From positions 1 through 22,400 of the forward strand of contig JASLZZ010000047.1 in the NCBI GenBank assembly GCA_030754595.1: a DNA stretch of 22,400 nt, written 5' to 3'. The stretch comes from Nitrospinota bacterium (GTDB taxonomy: Bacteria > UBA8248). The translations under genes were made by a program, and so were the position numbers. Under the pieces are notes generated by a model. That model made no database searches. It saw nothing but the letters and a program-made list of their open reading frames with translations, and was not told the DNA's origin. This document shows positions 17,864-22,400 of the stretch, piece by piece (the first letter of the stretch is position 1; each line of letters opens with the position of its first letter).

Positions 17864-17967
17864 AATAAATAATGGCACGGCGGCGGAGAGCCGAGCCAAT
17901 CGGCGTCTCCAGCCGCCTACCGGAAAGAGCGTGCCGCCTTAACCGCTCAAACCGGCGTTGTTTCTGC
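17831..17967 (-). ncRNA. Candidate sigma54-dependent small RNA (about 137 nt)
   Basis: Bounded by a -24/-12 promoter and a terminator, and contains a 21-bp interrupted hairpin and an AU-rich linker. Confidence 0.55.
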
Positions 17968-17977
17968 CCCATAAGAT

Positions 17978-17993
17978 AGCAATTGCCATACCA
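17978..17993 (-). promoter_or_regulatory. Sigma54 (-24/-12) promoter
   Basis: TGGTATGGCAATTGCT is GG-N10-GC and close to the consensus TGGCAC-N5-TTGCW. Confidence 0.7.
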
Positions 17994-18297
17994 TTCATTG
18001 AATTTTCATAAGTCCTTGAAAAAATAATGGAAAAAGAATTCGGCCATTTATCGGAATTGTCATAATGTCCTGCTTCAGGACCGGATCGGGAAATTCCGTT
18101 AATTCGGACTGCCAGTGTGGCATTTTCCCGGCCCTTCAATCACAAACGAAAAGAGCTTTTCACTAGCAAGCGAAAAGCCCCGCCCGGCTCGGCTACATTC
18201 AAAAACAGAAGAAAAATCCGAAGGATGAGAGAGACAATCCGGGCGCATTGCGGATACGCGGACCCGAACATCTGGAATCAAGAAGGTCCGGGTGAAA

Positions 18298-18891
18298 TCA
18301 GGGAGGCCCGGTCAGGTCCGCGAGCGCTTCCTCGACCGCCGCGAGCATCTCGTTGCCCTGGCCGATGAGGGTCTCTCCCTCGGCCCGGGATTTCCAGAGA
18401 ACCGACCCCCCTTCGGCGTCTATCAGCTTCATCTCCACCTCGGCCACACAGTGGTGGATTTCCCGGCACTCGCTCCGGCCCCGGAGCATCAGCACCGCCT
18501 CCGCACCCGACGTCAGCACCTTGAGAAGGGCGGCCCTGTCCCCGGCCTCCGGAGCCTCCTCCCTCCATATCATTTCTCCGGCGGCGGCCGGCCATTTCAG
18601 GACCTCATAGCCGCGCGCCACGAGAACACCCTCGGGCAGGAAAGTCGCCTCGATGCGCTCTACCTTTTCCTCGGCCGGCGGATCAATCTCCGCCGACCTG
18701 TAGATGCCTCTTAAGAACCCCGTCCAGCGGTGGGGATAGCGGAAGGGCGCGACCGTCACCGACCGGACCCGGGCCAACCGCTCGGGGTTGATAATCTCGG
18801 CGGTGCGGGACAAGCCGTAGGCGCACCCGCCCGCCCCCATCAGCAAGACCAGGCCCCCGGCGCGGAGAGCCACGGCAAATTTTCCGATCAT
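18298..18891 (-). CDS. Putative lipoprotein
   Basis: ATG overlaps the upstream stop (ATGA). Hydrophobic signal ending AGGC (lipobox-like), with VTVAPF and KLIDAEGGSVLWK reminiscent of CsgG/LpoB-like folds. Confidence 0.65.
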   Translation of the reverse strand: MIGKFAVALRAGGLVLLMGAGGCAYGLSRTAEIINPERLARVRSVTVAPFRYPHRWTGFLRGIYRSAEIDPPAEEKVERIEATFLPEGVLVARGYEVLKWPAAAGEMIWREEAPEAGDRAALLKVLTSGAEAVLMLRGRSECREIHHCVAEVEMKLIDAEGGSVLWKSRAEGETLIGQGNEMLAAVEEALADLTGPP

Positions 18892-19622
18892 GTCCGCGCC
18901 GCCCATGCGAGACCGGCGCGGACCCATTCCCGGACCTGCTCCGCGCTCCAGGCGTAGGCCCCCGCGCTCTCGCGCACAAGATTCTCCCAGAGCGGCTCGA
19001 GAAGCCTCACGCCTCCCACGGCGGCGATTGCGGCCCCGCCCGTCAGCAGCGCCCCGATCATGTAAATCACCGGCCACGAGAAAAACCTCCCCCCCCGCTG
19101 GATGTCCGGCTGGGAGGTGGCGAGGGTGCGAAGCGTCATCGCGACATGAAACGAGAGCGCGGCCCCGGTCAGGAACGAAGTCGCCAGCCGGAGGCGCGGC
19201 TCCCCGGAGGCCCACTCGGTCGCAATTCCCGCTCCGAGCGAGATGAATGCCAGGAGCGGGAAAAAATAAGGCGACAAGGTGATGAAAGTATTCGTCCCGC
19301 TCATCGCCACCTCTCCGCTGTCCTTGGCCACCACCAGCCGGCTCACCTTTTTCCAGAACAGTAGCGCGAACAGGAGGTGAGTCATTTCATGGGCGAATGT
19401 GTAGAGAAACTCCGGCGGGCGAAGGCGGTGCCAGAGGAGATATAGGGCGGCGCCCCCGGTCAGCGCCCAGGCCTCCGGCGTGAGCCCCCAGCCGTCCGAA
19501 CCGGGGGAAAGTAAAAAAGCCCCCGGAACCGTCCGGTAGAGGGCGAGGGTGACCGCCCAGCAGGCGGGCAGGAGGGCCAGCCCGGCGGCCCAGGCCAAAA
19601 AGCGCGAAAAAACGAAAGGCAA
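18888..19622 (-). CDS. Membrane zinc metallopeptidase, M50B-like
   Basis: TFAHEMTH (HExxH), SGEV, LSPYFFP and SQPDI motifs within TM helices. Start uncertain: TTG 19622 has an upstream SD-like sequence, but the ORF is open to 19763. Confidence 0.75.
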   Translation of the reverse strand: MPFVFSRFLAWAAGLALLPACWAVTLALYRTVPGAFLLSPGSDGWGLTPEAWALTGGAALYLLWHRLRPPEFLYTFAHEMTHLLFALLFWKKVSRLVVAKDSGEVAMSGTNTFITLSPYFFPLLAFISLGAGIATEWASGEPRLRLATSFLTGAALSFHVAMTLRTLATSQPDIQRGGRFFSWPVIYMIGALLTGGAAIAAVGGVRLLEPLWENLVRESAGAYAWSAEQVREWVRAGLAWAART

Positions 19623-19879
19623 TCTCAGGGCCTCTCTTCCAGGGGCGGGCCGGGCGGCGGGGCGGTTCCGAAAGAATACCCGCCGGGGCAGCCGATTCCA
19701 ATGGGCATCGTCCAACTCACTACCCGCGCGGACAAATCGCCACCGGAGCGGGCAAGACACCACCCGAGCTGGCCATAGGAATAATGTAAATACCTTGAAA
19801 TTGTCTAATGCGATTCAAACACAAAGAACAACATATATTAACTGGAAAAATGCGCCGATTGAGCTGGTACGGGGGGGGA

Positions 19880-20218
19880 TCAGGATATATCGCCGAGGAG
19901 TTTCTCTAAAAGAGTCTCGAAATGTTCTCGTTCTCGGCCGGACATCTGGAAGGCGAGGCCGATCGTCCATGTTCCGGGTTCGGTCAGGTTGTTTTTGATC
20001 CACTTCACCAGGGCCCGGCACTCCTCGAATGTTTGATTGAGAATCATGACGGTGCAGTCGAAATCGTCGTTTTCCTCCGGCCGGTTATCGACAATAAAGG
20101 AGAAGCCGCCCGTGCTGACATCCTCGGGCACCAGGGGAACGTCCGAGAGCGCAGGCACCTCGATAATAATGGGGAGGGTGAAACGCTCGAAACTTCTTTT
20201 GGTCTTCTCATCGGCCAT
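19880..20218 (-). CDS. Stand-alone PilZ-domain protein
   Basis: RSFER (RxxxR) and DVSTGG (DxSxxG) c-di-GMP motifs, plus VKW and IGLAF. Confidence 0.85.
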   Translation of the reverse strand: MADEKTKRSFERFTLPIIIEVPALSDVPLVPEDVSTGGFSFIVDNRPEENDDFDCTVMILNQTFEECRALVKWIKNNLTEPGTWTIGLAFQMSGREREHFETLLEKLLGDIS

Positions 20219-20257
20219 CGAAGAATCTCCGAATCTGAATGGGTGCGGGCAGGCGGG

Positions 20258-21956
20258 CTATTGAGACTGCAGTTCCACGTCGGGAATCTGGCTCATCCAG
20301 GCCCGAACCTTTTTGTGCAGCATCTTCGCCGGCGAATATTCTTCGTCGAGCGATATGGCACGGCTCAAAAGAGGAAGTGCCTTTCCAAACTCTTTTTTTC
20401 TAACGTGGATCAAGGCCTTGTTGTAGAAAAGCCTCGGGTCGAGCTGGTAAGTCGAGATGAGCTGATCGTAGGCCCCCAGGGCGGCTTCGTAGTACTCATA
20501 GCGGCAGGCGATCAGGCCAAGCCGCATGAGCAATTTCTGTTTTCCCGTCGATTCAGGCGAGGAGATGGCTTGTTGAAACGCCTCGTTTGCGCCGTCAACA
20601 TCACCCAGACCGTGGCAACTTTCTCCCAGCCCGATGAAGGCTTCCATGTTGATCTCGTTCAGGGTGAGGGCAGTTTTGTATTCGGATTTGGCCTGGTCGT
20701 ATTTTTTTCCTCAAGCAGTTTCGTCCCCCGGGAGACACACTCGTTCGTCCGCTCGCTAAATCTGGTCCCGATGTCGGGAAAAATATTCCGGCCCTGTTCG
20801 GACAGGCCCTCGGCGGATTTTTTGTCTCCTCTGTCGAGATACACCTCCGTCATCGTCATCAGGAGTTCGAAGAAAGAATCGACGAATGGCGCGTCGGCGC
20901 CTTTGTAGATGCCCGCTTTTTTCATAACGAATACAGCGCCGATCGATTTGGAGGCGATGTCCAGGCAGTGTGCGGAAATATTCTGGATTTCCGATTTTGA
21001 TTGAATCCTTTTATTCAGAATCGACTCGATGGCATCCTGGAGATGTTCCGCTTTCGTGGGCCGATCGATAGATGCCGTCGCGCCGCTACGCAGGTCCTCG
21101 TTGGCGAACGCCCTGTCTTTAGAGCCGTGTATCATGACAATCGGAACGTCGGGGTTCGTCTCTCCGGCTCGAATGGCGGCGAGAACCTTCATGCCCGACA
21201 TGTCGGAGATGTGGTAGTTCAGGAATACCAGATCGAAAATCTTGGCATCGTCTTCGCGGAGAGCATTGAGTCCGTCGCCGACGAAAGAGACGTTTCCGAG
21301 TTGGAGTTCGCTGAAAAATTCCCTATAAATCGCCAGGGAATTGTTATTGCTGTCCACGACGAGTATGGATATCTGCGGGACGATCTTATCGGCCGGGGCG
21401 TCCACGCGGGCGCCGGCCCCGTTGTCGAGGGTCTCCTCGGGCGCCCTTCCGGCGCGGTTCTGAAAATCGTTCTCCAGCCGCGGGAAAATACTCTTCCCCT
21501 CGCGGATAATTCGTTTCGCTTTGTCGTGGTCTTCCCGGACGTCGTGCAAACTCGATGAGGCGAGGAAAAACTCCCCCAGGGTTTCCACGAATGCCGACTC
21601 GGCTTCCTCGGTTTTTCCGTCCCAGCGCAGATTCTTCACTTTATCGACGGAGGTCTTGAACCTGTCGACGAAAATGCTGACGAGTTCTTCTTCCTCGCTC
21701 TTGGTTACGATGCGCTTGTTGAGCAGTTTTTCGAGTGTTTTATGGAATGTTTTTTTGTTGACGGGCCACTGGAGAGAGGCCGTAGCACCGGCCCGCATCA
21801 CCTTCTCGGCGTTCTCCTTGTCGTTCGCGTTGTGCATGAAAAGAATGGGCGTTTCCTTGTTGTCTTCGTCGCTTCTGAGCGCAGCGACGACTTTCGGGGC
21901 ACTCATGCCCTCAATCGAGCTGCCGAGAATGAACAGTTCGAAGTTCGTGGATTGTT
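20258..21956 (-). pseudogene. Tandem atypical receiver-domain plus TPR protein, truncated at the 5' end by an IS and frameshifted at an A7 run
   Basis: Two receiver-like repeats in 20659-21906, with the reading frame continuing upstream to the IS end. The TPR ORF 20258-20647 joins after a -1 shift at 20702-20708. Confidence 0.7.
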
Positions 21957-22400
21957 TGATCCTCCCCCTCCAAACCGGTCCATGCTGAATGAGAGGATTT
22001 TAGATACTTTTTCGGTGTGACCGGCCAATCTGGGGGGGGATTTTTATGAGCAAGAAGCGCCATACACCCGAGCAGATCATATCCAAGCTGAGATAGGCCG
22101 AGATCCTGCTATCTCAAGGACAAAGCGTACCTGTGGCCTGCAAGCGCATTGAGGTCTCAGAGCAGGGATGCGGGATGAACTCTTAAATCTAGAGAGATTC
22201 GATACCCTACACGAAGCAAAAGTGCTGGTGGAGCGCTGGCGGCATATCTACAATAGGATCAGGCCGCACGGTTCACTGGGCTATCGGCCCCCAGCACCTG
22301 AAACGAAAGAACCATGGCCTCCGGGCTTCGCTCTGCTTCGCCCGTCGTCCATGGTTCCAGAACCCTCGTAACTAGTGGTACTACAAATGGGGGGAGGTCA
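21957..22400 (+). mobile_element. Internally deleted IS3-family element (IS407-group-like), 444 bp
   Basis: Ends TGATCCTCCCCCT and (reverse complement) TGACCTCCCCCCA, i.e. TG...CA. OrfA start MSKKRHTPEQIISKLR*AE at 22046; integrase C-terminus RDELLN...YNRIRPHGSLGYRPP at 22168-22371. Confidence 0.88.

Noticed and set aside
17742..17972. 76 aa ORF over the candidate sRNA
   Set aside because: It starts upstream of the predicted transcription start, has no SD, runs through a terminator and does not look protein-like.

Overview
GC-rich bacterial chromosome segment with most genes on the minus strand. The left part is a conserved housekeeping block: PIN/TRAM, ispD, ispF, cysS, rlmB, tRNA-Thr/Tyr/Gly/Thr and the start of tuf, preceded by moaC and dcd. 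The middle holds a parvulin-like foldase, a conserved hypothetical protein, a Ca/Na antiporter, a PmtA-like methyltransferase, an EamA transporter, an OsmC-family gene and a catabolic-looking cluster (Gfo/Idh/MocA, VOC, acyl-CoA dehydrogenase fold, SSS symporter). The right part holds an M50-like peptidase, a lipoprotein, a PilZ protein and a pseudo-receiver/TPR gene that is frameshifted and cut by an internally deleted IS3 element. The strongest unannotated signals are (1) an OsmC-family ORF with an in-frame TGA at the catalytic Cys position followed by a SECIS-like hairpin, probably a selenoprotein split by the ORF caller; (2) a self-contained, structured candidate sRNA of about 137 nt with a sigma54 promoter; and (3) paired NrdR-like boxes joined to a phased DnaA-box array upstream of dcd. 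All calls come from reading the sequence by eye; no searches were run.
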